61,804 bases of DNA from Patescibacteria group bacterium (lineage in GTDB: Bacteria > Patescibacteriota > Patescibacteriia > UBA2591 > CALHIP01): contig JAOACJ010000003.1 of assembly GCA_026417895.1 (NCBI GenBank), positions 1 through 61,804 on the forward strand, written 5' to 3'. Shown piece by piece: positions 40,610-50,136 of the stretch (positions are counted from its first letter, which is position 1; every line of letters begins with the position of its first letter). The translations under genes and the position numbers were made by a program. The notes beneath the pieces were generated by a model. The model saw only the letters and a list, made by a program, of their open reading frames with translations. It was not told the origin of the DNA and did no database searches.

Positions 40610-42193
40610 ATGACTTCGCACAAACAAAAAATTATCAAAATTATTCAAGAACTCTCTCAAAAAAAGTTTCAATCTGGCGAGAGTTTTTTATCTTTGTTCA
40701 GAAAATTAACTAAGAAATATCAAATATCACCCCCAAGTTATGTCGAAATTCTCTCGTCTTATAAATTACTGCGATCGCAGAAAAAAATAAGACGTTGTTT
40801 ATTTTTTGAGGAAATGTTAAAAAAAAGACCGGTTCGCTCTCTTTCTGGTGTAGCCGTTGTCTCTGTTTTGACCAAACCTTATCCCTGTCCTGGCCAATGC
40901 CTTTATTGTCCAACTGAAAAGGGCTTTCCAAAAAGTTATTTGGCTGGCGAGCCAGCCGCCGAAAGAGCTCGTCTTTTGAACTATAATCCTTATTTACAGG
41001 TTAAAAAAAGGATTGAAACTTTACAAAAAACAGGACATTCAACCGACAAAATCGAATTGATTATTATCGGCGCCTCCTGGAGCGCTTATCCAAAAAGATA
41101 TCAAGAATGGTTTATTAAAAGATGTTTTGATGGCGCTAATTTTTCAGCAAGTAAAAAATTAACGGAGGCACAGAAAAAAAATGAAAAAGCAAAAAATAGA
41201 ATTATTGGTATTAGTGTGGAAACACGACCGGATTTAATCAGTTTAAAAGAAATAAAAAGAATGCGGGAATTGGGAATAACGAAGGTTGAGTTAGGTGTCC
41301 AAACACTCGATGAAAAAATTTTAACTAAGAATCAGCGTGGTCATGGTTTAAAAGAAATTGTTGAAGCAACAAAATTGTTGAGAAATGCTGGATTCAAAAT
41401 TTGCTATCATCTTATGCCCGGACTTTATGGCTCGACACCCCAAAAAGATTTGGTAGTTTTTAAAAAATTATTTTCTGATTCAAATTTTCGACCAGATTAC
41501 TTAAAAATTTATCCTTGTGTGGTAACCAAGGGTTCAAAACTTTATCAATTATGGAAAAGAGGAAAATACCAACCTTACGACGATAAAACTTTAATCAATT
41601 TATTGGTCCAGATAAAAAAAATTGTCCCTCCTTACGTGCGAATCATCCGAATCTTCCGCGATATTCCTTCACCAAAAATTTTTGGCGGAACAAAGATCTC
41701 CAATTTACGCGAGGTTGTCAAAAAAGAAATGGCAAAAAGGGGGTTGAAATGTCAATGCATCCGTTGTCGTGAAATTAAAAATTTAAAATTAAAAATTAAA
41801 AATTTAATTCTGGTCAAAAGAGAATATCAGGCTAATAATGGTAAAGAAATTTTTCTTTCTTTCGAGGATAAAAAAAATGACAAGATTCTTGCTTTTCTTC
41901 GTCTCTATCTGCCTCAATCTTCTATTTTAAACTCTATCTTCAAGGTTCTCAAAAAATCAGCTATCATTCGTGAACTCCACAGCTACGGCGAAATAGTAGA
42001 AATCGGTAAAAGAAAAAAGGGGGCCACCCAGCATCAAAACTTAGGCAAAAAACTTGTCCGCAAAGCCGAGCAACTGGCAAAAAAAATTGGTGCTAAAAAA
42101 ATAGCTGTTATTTCCGGCGTCGGCGCTCGCCAATATTGGCGAAAAATTGGTTATAGACTTCAACAAAGTTATATGGTCAAAAATATTGGATAA
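40610..42193 (+). CDS. elp3: Elp3-family radical SAM/KAT tRNA U34 carboxymethyltransferase
   Basis: RSLSGVAVVSV, CPGQCLYCP, PKSYL.GEPA, ETRPD, VELGVQT, PDYLKIYP, RIFRDIP, C.CIRCRE, IRELH.YG, QH..LG, VISGVG.RQYWRK.GY. Confidence 0.95.
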   Translation: MTSHKQKIIKIIQELSQKKFQSGESFLSLFRKLTKKYQISPPSYVEILSSYKLLRSQKKIRRCLFFEEMLKKRPVRSLSGVAVVSVLTKPYPCPGQCLYCPTEKGFPKSYLAGEPAAERARLLNYNPYLQVKKRIETLQKTGHSTDKIELIIIGASWSAYPKRYQEWFIKRCFDGANFSASKKLTEAQKKNEKAKNRIIGISVETRPDLISLKEIKRMRELGITKVELGVQTLDEKILTKNQRGHGLKEIVEATKLLRNAGFKICYHLMPGLYGSTPQKDLVVFKKLFSDSNFRPDYLKIYPCVVTKGSKLYQLWKRGKYQPYDDKTLINLLVQIKKIVPPYVRIIRIFRDIPSPKIFGGTKISNLREVVKKEMAKRGLKCQCIRCREIKNLKLKIKNLILVKREYQANNGKEIFLSFEDKKNDKILAFLRLYLPQSSILNSIFKVLKKSAIIRELHSYGEIVEIGKRKKGATQHQNLGKKLVRKAEQLAKKIGAKKIAVISGVGARQYWRKIGYRLQQSYMVKNIG

Positions 42194-43690
42194 TTCTATT
42201 GACAGATTCCTCTAAGGGTAAAGCAGTGTTAATTTTAAGATAATTTTCTTTTTCTTGAATCGGTTCAAATTCTTTTTTTATTTTTTGATAAACTTGCCAA
42301 TTTGCTTCAGAAATTGATTTCTCTCTATCTCTCTTTTCTAATCTTTTTTTGGCGACTTTTTTAGGGCAATAAAATTCAATAACAAAATAGGAAATTTTTA
42401 GTTTTCTGACTAAATCTATAGCTAATTGACGATAAATTTTTAAAGAAAAGGTGGCGTCTAAAATCACCTTCTTACCTTGTTTGAGAAATTTTTCCGCCTT
42501 TCTCATCATTTTTTGATAAACTAATAACTTGCTTTTAAAATCATATTTTGGTTTTTGAAAAATCTGACGACGGATAAGATCGCTATCTAAAATTTTCGCC
42601 TTAATTTTTTTGGCTAAAAGTTTTAAGCGTGTACTCCGACCGATGCCTGGTAAGCCAGCGCCAAGAATTAAAATCGGTTTTTGCCATTCCTGAACATATT
42701 TTCTAGCCAATCTAAAATATCTCTGGCTAATTTTTTGATAAAACAATTTTCGCCACCATGACAAATTTCTTTCCCCCAACCGGAAACTGAGAACTTTACC
42801 ACAAACATAGGCGCGATAACATTTATAAAATAAAAGCAGTTTTGTCAAATTCTTCTCATGAGAAGATTCAATATATTTTTTGACAAAATAATCTGATAAA
42901 TCTTTTCGGTTTAAAAAATCTAAATCCATAGCCAAAAAGGCAATTTCGTTGACCACGTCTTGATAGCGAAAACGATCATTAAATTCAATGCAGTCGAAAA
43001 TATAAATTTTCTTTGGCGTGACAAAAATATTTCTCGTGTGGAGATCGCCATGACAGTCGCGAATCTTTTTCTCACCAATTCTTTGTTGAAATAATTTCTT
43101 ATTTTTTTTAATAAATTCTTCCACTGATTTTTTAATGAAATAAAAATCTTTTTGAGAAACTGTTCTGCCAATAAATGATCGGGTCTGGGAAAAATTTTCC
43201 TGCCAATTTTTTTGAATAATTTTTAAAGAACCGAAATAAGAAATTTTTTTTGAAGTTTTGGCTTTTTGATGAAATTTAGCAACGATTTTGGCTAATTGAT
43301 CAATGATTTTTTTGTTAATTTCTCCTTTTTTAACCCGACGATCCATTAAATATTTTTGCGGAATTTCTTTCATCTTTAAAACATAATCAATAATCTTACC
43401 TTGGCCACCTAATTTTAATTGACCATTTTTCTCAATCAGAGGTATTACTTCTAAATACATTGCTGGTGATAACCGTTGATTTAATTTCAATTCCTGAAAA
43501 CAAAAAAATTTTCGTTTAGCTAATGTCGTGAAATCTAAATAGCCATAGTTAACTGGCTTTTTTATCTTATAAGCAAATTGGCCGGTTAAAAAATATCAGA
43601 AATATAGGTTTGCAGATGTTTAATTTTTTTTACTTTGTGAGGATAACTCTTGGGATTATTGAAAAAATTTATAATTTTTGTCCTTTTCAT
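42177..43690 (-). pseudogene. Aminoglycoside-phosphotransferase-like/P-loop kinase fusion with a 1-nt frameshift near the 5' end
   Basis: ATG 43690 gives MKRT...HLQTYISDIF*. Restoring one T in the T6 run (plus-strand A 43588-43593) yields DIFLTGQFAYKIKKPVNYGYLDF, joined to the 437-aa ORF (DCHGDLH, FDCIEFNDRFR..D, GLPGIGRST). Confidence 0.85.
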
Positions 43691-43759
43691 TTTTCGAAAC
43701 ATTAAAAAATCGCCCAAAAATTTCACAAAACATATGGGCAAAATTCATAATTTTTTCTT

Positions 43760-43832
43760 TGTCCCCAGCAGGAATCGAACCTGCAATCTTTGGCTCCGGA
43801 GGCCAACGTTTTTTCCATTAAACTATGGGGAC
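43760..43832 (-). tRNA. tRNA-Arg(CCG)
   Basis: Acceptor GTCCCCA/TGGGGAC, anticodon loop CT-CCG-GA, T-arm GGTTCGATTCC. Confidence 0.95.
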
Positions 43833-44650
43833 TATTTAAAATAAAAAATCCCTTGAATAACTGAGATTAAAATCAAAATAATGATAATTAATTCTAAAAT
43901 TTCTAAACGACGAGCATTAACAATCTCTAAAATAGTGGTCATATTCCCTTTCAAAAGAGAAATTTTTTGCTCTAAAATTGAAATTCTTTCTGGCAATTCA
44001 AGTTCTTGAGAGAAATCAAAATAAAGATCATTGTATTCTTTCTTCTCCCAAGCTGTTTCTGGTTTATCTAAAATCTCTAGGTTAGCAATCAAATCTTGGT
44101 GAAGAAAAATTGTTTCCTGAATTTCGGTAACAATTTTCGAAATGCCTGGCGAAAAAATTCTTTTTAAAGTAAAGGCTAAGTTTTGAAAACTTTGTGAAAA
44201 TTCAACAAGAAGTTTGTCAACCTTTCTTTCATAGGCTTCTAAAGCTAATGATTGGGCCAGGAGAATGGCTAAAATTTCTCCGTATTTTTCGTCTTCTTTA
44301 AATAAAATTACTCGGTCAAATAAAACTTTATTTTCTAGAGACCTTGTGTCAACGACAATTTTAATTTTTTCAAAATTATAAAGTGACTTTTCTTTTATCA
44401 ATGGCTCAATCAAAGAAAGAATCCTTTTTTCAAAAATTTCTGAGTTATTAATTAAAACAACGACTCCATACTTTAAAACTAGGAGATATTGTTTTCTTTT
44501 CGGATAGACGGCAAAATAAATATAGCTTGGATTGTAAGAGATAACGGTAAACATCTTGCGAAAGCGAGTATAAATTTCTTTAATTTCAAAATTTTTAGCT
44601 AACTCAATGGCTTTGATTTCTTTAATCTCTTTTTTTGGTTTTAGTTCCAT
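43832..44650 (-). CDS. RMD1 family (DUF155) protein
   Basis: KYGVVV, LAQSLALEAYE, ILDKPE.AWE, LELPER..L..K, RLEILELIIIILI. Confidence 0.85.
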   Translation of the reverse strand: MELKPKKEIKEIKAIELAKNFEIKEIYTRFRKMFTVISYNPSYIYFAVYPKRKQYLLVLKYGVVVLINNSEIFEKRILSLIEPLIKEKSLYNFEKIKIVVDTRSLENKVLFDRVILFKEDEKYGEILAILLAQSLALEAYERKVDKLLVEFSQSFQNLAFTLKRIFSPGISKIVTEIQETIFLHQDLIANLEILDKPETAWEKKEYNDLYFDFSQELELPERISILEQKISLLKGNMTTILEIVNARRLEILELIIIILILISVIQGIFYFK

Positions 44651-44654
44651 ATTT

Positions 44655-45632
44655 TTATATTTTTTTCAAAATTCTTCCCAATTGATAGAGTCTATACCAA
44701 AAATAGTTAAAAATAGAGTCAAAAGTACCAGGATATTCTTTGATTTCTCCTCCAAACCCTTTTTTAAAACGCGTTACACCTGGCCATTTTTTTTCATCAA
44801 TCCCCCAAAAATCATAATATTTTAAACATAATCGTTTAGCTTCTTTGATTGCTGTCCAATGTAATAGGTAAGGAGCCATTACATTTCGGTGTTGATGATC
44901 AGAAGCGCCGTGAAGATAGGTAGCGGTATCAGCAAAAAAAATCATTAAATTACCGGCAATTATTTTTCCTTGATATTCAGCGAAAAAAAGTTTGATAAAA
45001 TTTTTATCTAATCGAAACATTTTTCGATAGTAATTAAAAGGGTGAGTCTGGAACCTATCCCGCTGGGCTGTCTGGGATAAAAGCTTTAAAAAGATTTCAA
45101 TCTCTTCTTCACTTTGACCAATTTTGATTCTCACTCCCTTCTTCTCTGCCAATTTTATATTATACCTTGTTTTTGGATGCATATTTTCTAAAATTTCCTT
45201 TTCGGATTTGGTCAAATCAAGTAAAATAGTCTTTGAAGGTTGGAGGTCGTTAATTTTTTTAAACGAAAAATTGAAAATTGAAACTTGAAAATTGTCTAGT
45301 GGCTCGAAACGCAGAAAGATAATATTCTCTTTTTTGGCCAAATCGTTAATTTTTCTAAAAAATATTTTTATTGTCTCAATATTATTCTCTCTTAAAATAG
45401 GTCCGCGCGGACAATATAGATAGCTTTTCTTTATTGGTAATAACATTCTTATCAGAAGAGTGATGCCAATTAATTGATCGTTTTTAAAAAATCCTAATCG
45501 CCAAATTTTTCGACCTAAGCTTTCTTGAAAATCACCCCATTCCCAACTTTGAAGAAATGGCGCCATTTCAAAGGAAGAAATAAAAGTCTGCCAAACTTCT
45601 TTTTCTTTAATTTCTTTAATTTCCATAGCCAA
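44655..45632 (-). CDS. FemABX/MurM-family lipid II aminoacyl transferase
   Basis: FLQSWEWG, YCPRGP, KTRYNI.LAEKKGV, YLHGAS, YDFWGI, GVTRFKKGFGG. Confidence 0.92.
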   Translation of the reverse strand: MAMEIKEIKEKEVWQTFISSFEMAPFLQSWEWGDFQESLGRKIWRLGFFKNDQLIGITLLIRMLLPIKKSYLYCPRGPILRENNIETIKIFFRKINDLAKKENIIFLRFEPLDNFQVSIFNFSFKKINDLQPSKTILLDLTKSEKEILENMHPKTRYNIKLAEKKGVRIKIGQSEEEIEIFLKLLSQTAQRDRFQTHPFNYYRKMFRLDKNFIKLFFAEYQGKIIAGNLMIFFADTATYLHGASDHQHRNVMAPYLLHWTAIKEAKRLCLKYYDFWGIDEKKWPGVTRFKKGFGGEIKEYPGTFDSIFNYFWYRLYQLGRILKKI

Positions 45633-45724
45633 ATTTTATCAAAATTCTTAAATTTATTCAATGATCTAAAATCTTGACAATGAGAAAAAAAGAAGTTTTG
45701 GTAATAAAAAATTAAATTTATAAG

Positions 45725-45749
45725 AAGGGAGATTAAAAAAATCTCCCTT
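45725..45749. terminator. Hairpin, probable terminator of the 45769 gene
   Basis: AAGGGAGATT-AAAAA-AATCTCCCTT. Confidence 0.65.
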
Positions 45750-45768
45750 TCTTTTAAAATTTTATTAA

Positions 45769-46170
45769 TTAATCCTTGTCTTTGACGTCTTTGATCGCCA
45801 CGACAATGAAGCCCTTTCGGATTCCGATTTTACTTTTGTCCCAAAGGTCAAATGTATCTTGCACACAGACCCAAAAAATGTCTCTTAGAATTTGAGCTTT
45901 AGTTCTGAATTCGTAAGACTTAAAGAAAGTTTTGTTGAGGATATCACCATCCCTTTGATTTTCAAACATAGCTGTTACCATTGCTCGACCGAAAGTCATA
46001 AAGGCTGATTTCTCCAAATTAAGGCTAAGAGTATAGAGTTTTTTAATATTCTCGTCGGCTATTTCACCGATTATTTCCTCATGCAAAGGATTTACTTCGT
46101 CCGAGGGTTCGATGATGTCGTCTGGTTGCATTATTGATAGTTGTTTAATAAGATGGTCAAACCAAGACAC
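45769..46170 (-). CDS. Hypothetical protein (about 133 aa)
   Basis: Open frame; AAGGAGG 5 nt before GTG 46170 argues for this start instead of TTG 46227; no recognised family. Confidence 0.65.
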   Translation of the reverse strand: MSWFDHLIKQLSIMQPDDIIEPSDEVNPLHEEIIGEIADENIKKLYTLSLNLEKSAFMTFGRAMVTAMFENQRDGDILNKTFFKSYEFRTKAQILRDIFWVCVQDTFDLWDKSKIGIRKGFIVVAIKDVKDKD

Positions 46171-46277
46171 AATTGCCTCCTTTTTTGGGAGCTTTGATTG
46201 CCCCCGATATTTTCTTCTTCTTATCAAAAGAAGAGCTGGACAATGAAAATTAAAGAATTATAATTTAAAGATATGAT

Positions 46278-47537
46278 ATGAAAAATTTAACCAAAACTGA
46301 TCCAAAATTGGCCAAAATTATTAGAAATGAAATTAGGCGGCAGCAAAATGGTCTAGTTCTAATTGCTTCGGAAAATTTTGCCTCTCAAGCAGTTTTAAAG
46401 GCTCTTGGCTCGCCTTTAACTAATAAATATTCTGAAGGCTATCCAGGACGAAGATACTATGGTGGCAATCAATTTATTGACGAGATAGAAAATTTAGCCA
46501 TTGAAAGAGCGAAAAAACTTTTTTTACCAGAATCAGAGTGGAAAAATTGGCAAGTTAATGTCCAGCCATATTCTGGTTCGCCGGCTAATTTTGCTGTTTA
46601 TGCGGCTCTACTTCAGCCAGGTGACAAATTAATGGGTATGACCCTTTCTCATGGTGGTCATTTAACCCACGGCCATAAAGTTAGTTTTTCGGGAAAATTT
46701 TTCACTCCCATCCAATACGGTCTCGATCCAAAAACTCATCTTTTAAATTACGAGGAAATTTTAAAATTAGCTAAAAAGGAAAAGCCAAAAATAATTGTCT
46801 GTGGCTATACGGCTTATCCGAGAAAAATTGATTTTAAAAAATTTGGCCAAATTGCCAAAAAGGTTAATGCCATTTTGATGGCCGATATCGCTCACCTGGC
46901 CGGTTTAATTGCTGCGAGAGTCTATCCATCTCCTTTTCCTTACGCTGATGTTGTCACGATGACTACTCATAAAACCCTGCGAGGACCAAGGGGGGCGATC
47001 ATTTTTGCTAAAAATAAATATGCTGAAGCCATTAACAAAGCTGTCTTTCCCGGCCTTCAGGGCGGGCCACATGATAACAATACCGCCGCGATAGCCGTGG
47101 CTTTAGGCGAAGCCCTAAAACCAAGCTTTAGAAAATATGCACGCCAAATTATCAACAATGCTCGCGCCCTTGTCAAATCATTGGAAAAAAATGGTTTGAA
47201 AATTATCAGCGGTGGCACTGATTCTCATTTACTTTTAATTGATCTAACCGAGACAGGAATTTTTGGCCGAGAAGCAGAAAAATTATTAGAAGAGGTCTGT
47301 ATTTATGTCAATCGAAACACCATCCCTTACGATCAGCGTTCGCCATTTGATCCTTCTGGTTTGCGTTTAGGAACGCCTGCTCTGACTACCAGGGGTATGA
47401 AGGAAAAAGAAATGAAATTGATTGGTAAAATGATAGCGAAAATAATTTTAAACCCAAAATCAAAAAAGATAAAAAAAGAGATAAAAAAAGAGGTTCAGAA
47501 TTTAACAAAAAAATTTCCTCTTTATCAAAATTTATGA
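46278..47537 (+). CDS. glyA: Serine hydroxymethyltransferase
   Basis: LIASEN, LTNKYSEGYPGRRYYGG, GGHLTHG, TTHKTLRGPRG, FPGLQGGP, SGLRLGTPALTTRG. Confidence 0.99.
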   Translation: MKNLTKTDPKLAKIIRNEIRRQQNGLVLIASENFASQAVLKALGSPLTNKYSEGYPGRRYYGGNQFIDEIENLAIERAKKLFLPESEWKNWQVNVQPYSGSPANFAVYAALLQPGDKLMGMTLSHGGHLTHGHKVSFSGKFFTPIQYGLDPKTHLLNYEEILKLAKKEKPKIIVCGYTAYPRKIDFKKFGQIAKKVNAILMADIAHLAGLIAARVYPSPFPYADVVTMTTHKTLRGPRGAIIFAKNKYAEAINKAVFPGLQGGPHDNNTAAIAVALGEALKPSFRKYARQIINNARALVKSLEKNGLKIISGGTDSHLLLIDLTETGIFGREAEKLLEEVCIYVNRNTIPYDQRSPFDPSGLRLGTPALTTRGMKEKEMKLIGKMIAKIILNPKSKKIKKEIKKEVQNLTKKFPLYQNL

Positions 47538-47603
47538 AAAAGGTTTTGGTCTTTAAAAACAAAAATTATCCGTTTAAGGGCTTATCAACCAAAAATTTAT
47601 AAA

Positions 47604-48143
47604 TCATCTTTGTTGCCAGCTAAATAAACAACCGCAATATTTTTGATGATAAAAATTAAATTTTTTAGCCAAAACTCGAGATTTTGACCAAAAATTTTTT
47701 TTATTTTCTTCAGTCAAAGAAAAGAAATTCAAGCCAAATTTCTGAGCAATTTTATTGCCTAAATGATTGATTAAAAATAATTTTTTATAAGGACTGATGC
47801 CTAAAGTTGTCGCAAAGGTATCATAGTTAAGTGTCTTGGCGAGTTGAGCGGTTTTTTCTAATCTCATTTGAAAGCAAATTTCACATCTTTTACCGCCTTC
47901 TGGCTCTTTTTCTAAACCTTTTATTTGTTGCCACCAAAAAGCTGAGTCATCCTCACCAGCTAAAAAATCTAAATGATAAATTTCTGCCATTTTTTTTGTC
48001 GCTTCTAATCTTCTTTGGTATTCTTCGGGTGGATAGATATTAGGATTATAAAAATAAAGAAAGGTTTTTTCTGACCGGTTTCTAAAAAAATCAGCTAAAT
48101 AAATTCCGCAAATTGCACAACAAGTGTGAAGGACTAATTTCAT
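47604..48143 (-). CDS. queH: Epoxyqueuosine reductase QueH
   Basis: LHTCCA.C, NPNIYP.EEY.RR, EPEGGKRC..CF..RL, Y.QKYCGCLFS; follows queA. Confidence 0.92.
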   Translation of the reverse strand: MKLVLHTCCAICGIYLADFFRNRSEKTFLYFYNPNIYPPEEYQRRLEATKKMAEIYHLDFLAGEDDSAFWWQQIKGLEKEPEGGKRCEICFQMRLEKTAQLAKTLNYDTFATTLGISPYKKLFLINHLGNKIAQKFGLNFFSLTEENKKNFWSKSRVLAKKFNFYHQKYCGCLFSWQQR

Positions 48144-48145
48144 AA

Positions 48146-49186
48146 TTAAAAGATAAACATCGCATCACCAAAAGTATAAAAGCGATATTTTTTACGAACG
48201 GCCTCTTGATAGGCTTTTAAAAGAAAATTTTTACCGGCAAAGGTAGCCACTAAAATCAGATTTGTTGAGCGAGGTAAGTGAAAATTTGTAATTAAACCAT
48301 CAATAAATTTAAATTGGTAGCCAGGATAAATAAAAAGGTCAACAAATTTTTTGCCCGCTGTTAACCAACCATTTTTTGCAAAACCTTCCAACGTTCGAAC
48401 AACGGTCGTCCCGACAGCAATAATTCGCCGTCCCTCTTTTTTTGCTTGATTAAGACGTTGAGAAGTTTTTTTCTCAATCACTGCGAATTCTTCAGGAATG
48501 GCATCGGGAATTTTTTCCCCTTTAATTGGTTCAAAAGTAGCGCGTCCAATATGAAGAGTAATTTTCTCAAACCGAACACCTTGATTTTTCAATTTTTGAA
48601 TTAACTTTTTTGTAAAGTGAAAACCGGCTGTTGGCGCAGCAGCTGAGCCAATTTCTTCAGCATAAACAGTTTGGTACTGCTTTCTTAAAACTGAATCTTG
48701 AATTTTTGGCTGAATATAAGGAGGGGTAGGTGTTTTGCCTAATTGATAAATTAGTTTTTCTAAATTTTCTCCTTTTTGGCTAAATTTTATCAATTTTTCT
48801 GGCTTTAAATCTTTTATAATTTCTGCTTCAAGTTTTGAAGAAAAAATTAATCTTTGACCAACCTTTAATCTTGGTCGACCGATGACTCGCCATAAATTTT
48901 CTCTTAAAGGCTGAGAGAATTCTTTTTTTTCTGGTCTTAATAAAATTATCTCTACCCGTCCACCGCTCGTTTTTCGACCATGAAGACGAGCCGGAAAGAC
49001 TTTTGATCGATTCAAAACTAAAACATCTCCTTCTTTTAAAAATCTTCCAATTTCAAAAAAATAATGATGACCAATTTTTTTATTTTTTCTCTCTAAAACC
49101 ATGAGACGGGAGTGGTCTCTTGGATAAATTAACTTTTGAGCAATTAAGTTTTTTGGCAATGAATAATTAAAATCTTCAAGGTTCAT
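48146..49186 (-). CDS. queA: SAM:tRNA ribosyltransferase-isomerase
   Basis: FNY.LP..LIAQ, PPYI, YQTVYA...GSAAAPTAGFHF, AVGTTVVRTLE, TNFHLPRST, YRFYTFGDAM. Confidence 0.97.
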   Translation of the reverse strand: MNLEDFNYSLPKNLIAQKLIYPRDHSRLMVLERKNKKIGHHYFFEIGRFLKEGDVLVLNRSKVFPARLHGRKTSGGRVEIILLRPEKKEFSQPLRENLWRVIGRPRLKVGQRLIFSSKLEAEIIKDLKPEKLIKFSQKGENLEKLIYQLGKTPTPPYIQPKIQDSVLRKQYQTVYAEEIGSAAAPTAGFHFTKKLIQKLKNQGVRFEKITLHIGRATFEPIKGEKIPDAIPEEFAVIEKKTSQRLNQAKKEGRRIIAVGTTVVRTLEGFAKNGWLTAGKKFVDLFIYPGYQFKFIDGLITNFHLPRSTNLILVATFAGKNFLLKAYQEAVRKKYRFYTFGDAMFIF

Positions 49187-49244
49187 ATAGATTTTTTAGG
49201 CAGTTCTGTTAAAATTTTATCATATTTATCATAAATTTTAAATT

Positions 49245-50057
49245 ATGAAATTACTGCTCGGTGAACCTATTGCGGAAAAAATTTATCAAGAAATAAAAGA
49301 AGAAATGGCTAGGTTTAAAATAAAACCTGGCCTAGCGGTGATAATGGTTGGCAAAAACGAGGCTTCACAAGTTTACGTTGGATTAAAGGAAAAAACAGCT
49401 AAAAGACTAGGTTTTACTTTTAAAAAATTTTTATTTTCGTCAAAAATATCAGAGAAAAAAATTATTAAACTGATTAAAAGTCTAAATAAAAATAAAAAAA
49501 TTCATGGCCTTATTGTCCAATTACCCCTACCTAAAAATTTGCATCCTTTAAAAATTATACGTTCAATTTTGCCGGAGAAAGATATCGATGGGTTTCATCC
49601 GAAAACAAAATTTATTTCTCCGATTCATCAAGCAATTTTAAAACTTTTATCTTTTTATAAAATTAAAATAAAAAATAAAAAAATAGCAATTTTGGCTAAT
49701 TCTTTAATTTTCGCCCAACCGTTGGCTAGAATGCTAAGAAATAAAGGAGCGAAGGTCAAAATAATTCTCAAAAATAACTATTCCCCATACTCGCCCGAAT
49801 ATAGAAAATGTCTAAAAAGGGCTGACATTTTAATTATTGCTATTGGAAAACCGAAATTTTTAAAAAAAGAAATGGTCAAAAACAAAGCTGTCATTGTTGA
49901 TATCGGCTATTCACGAGTTAAGAAAAAAGCCGTTGGTGATGTTGATTTTGAAAGTTGTGCGCAAAAAGTTAGCGCTCTTTCTCCGGTGCCAGGCGGCGTT
50001 GGTCCTTTAACTGTGGCTTATTTAATGAGAAATGTTTTAAAAGCCGCAAAAAATTAA
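49245..50057 (+). CDS. folD: Methylene-THF dehydrogenase/cyclohydrolase (divergent)
   Basis: ASQVYV..K, GLIVQLPLP, KDIDGFHP, VDIG, VGDVDF, PVPGGVGPLTVA. Confidence 0.92.
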   Translation: MKLLLGEPIAEKIYQEIKEEMARFKIKPGLAVIMVGKNEASQVYVGLKEKTAKRLGFTFKKFLFSSKISEKKIIKLIKSLNKNKKIHGLIVQLPLPKNLHPLKIIRSILPEKDIDGFHPKTKFISPIHQAILKLLSFYKIKIKNKKIAILANSLIFAQPLARMLRNKGAKVKIILKNNYSPYSPEYRKCLKRADILIIAIGKPKFLKKEMVKNKAVIVDIGYSRVKKKAVGDVDFESCAQKVSALSPVPGGVGPLTVAYLMRNVLKAAKN

Positions 50058-50136
50058 ATTTATAAAAATTTTTATTACAAAAGGTCTGGTCTAATATAAG
50101 TAAAAAATCCAAATTTAATAAAAAGATTATCAAAGC

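Noticed and set aside
43650-43844. 64-aa plus-strand ORF
   Set aside because: Antisense shadow of tRNA-Arg
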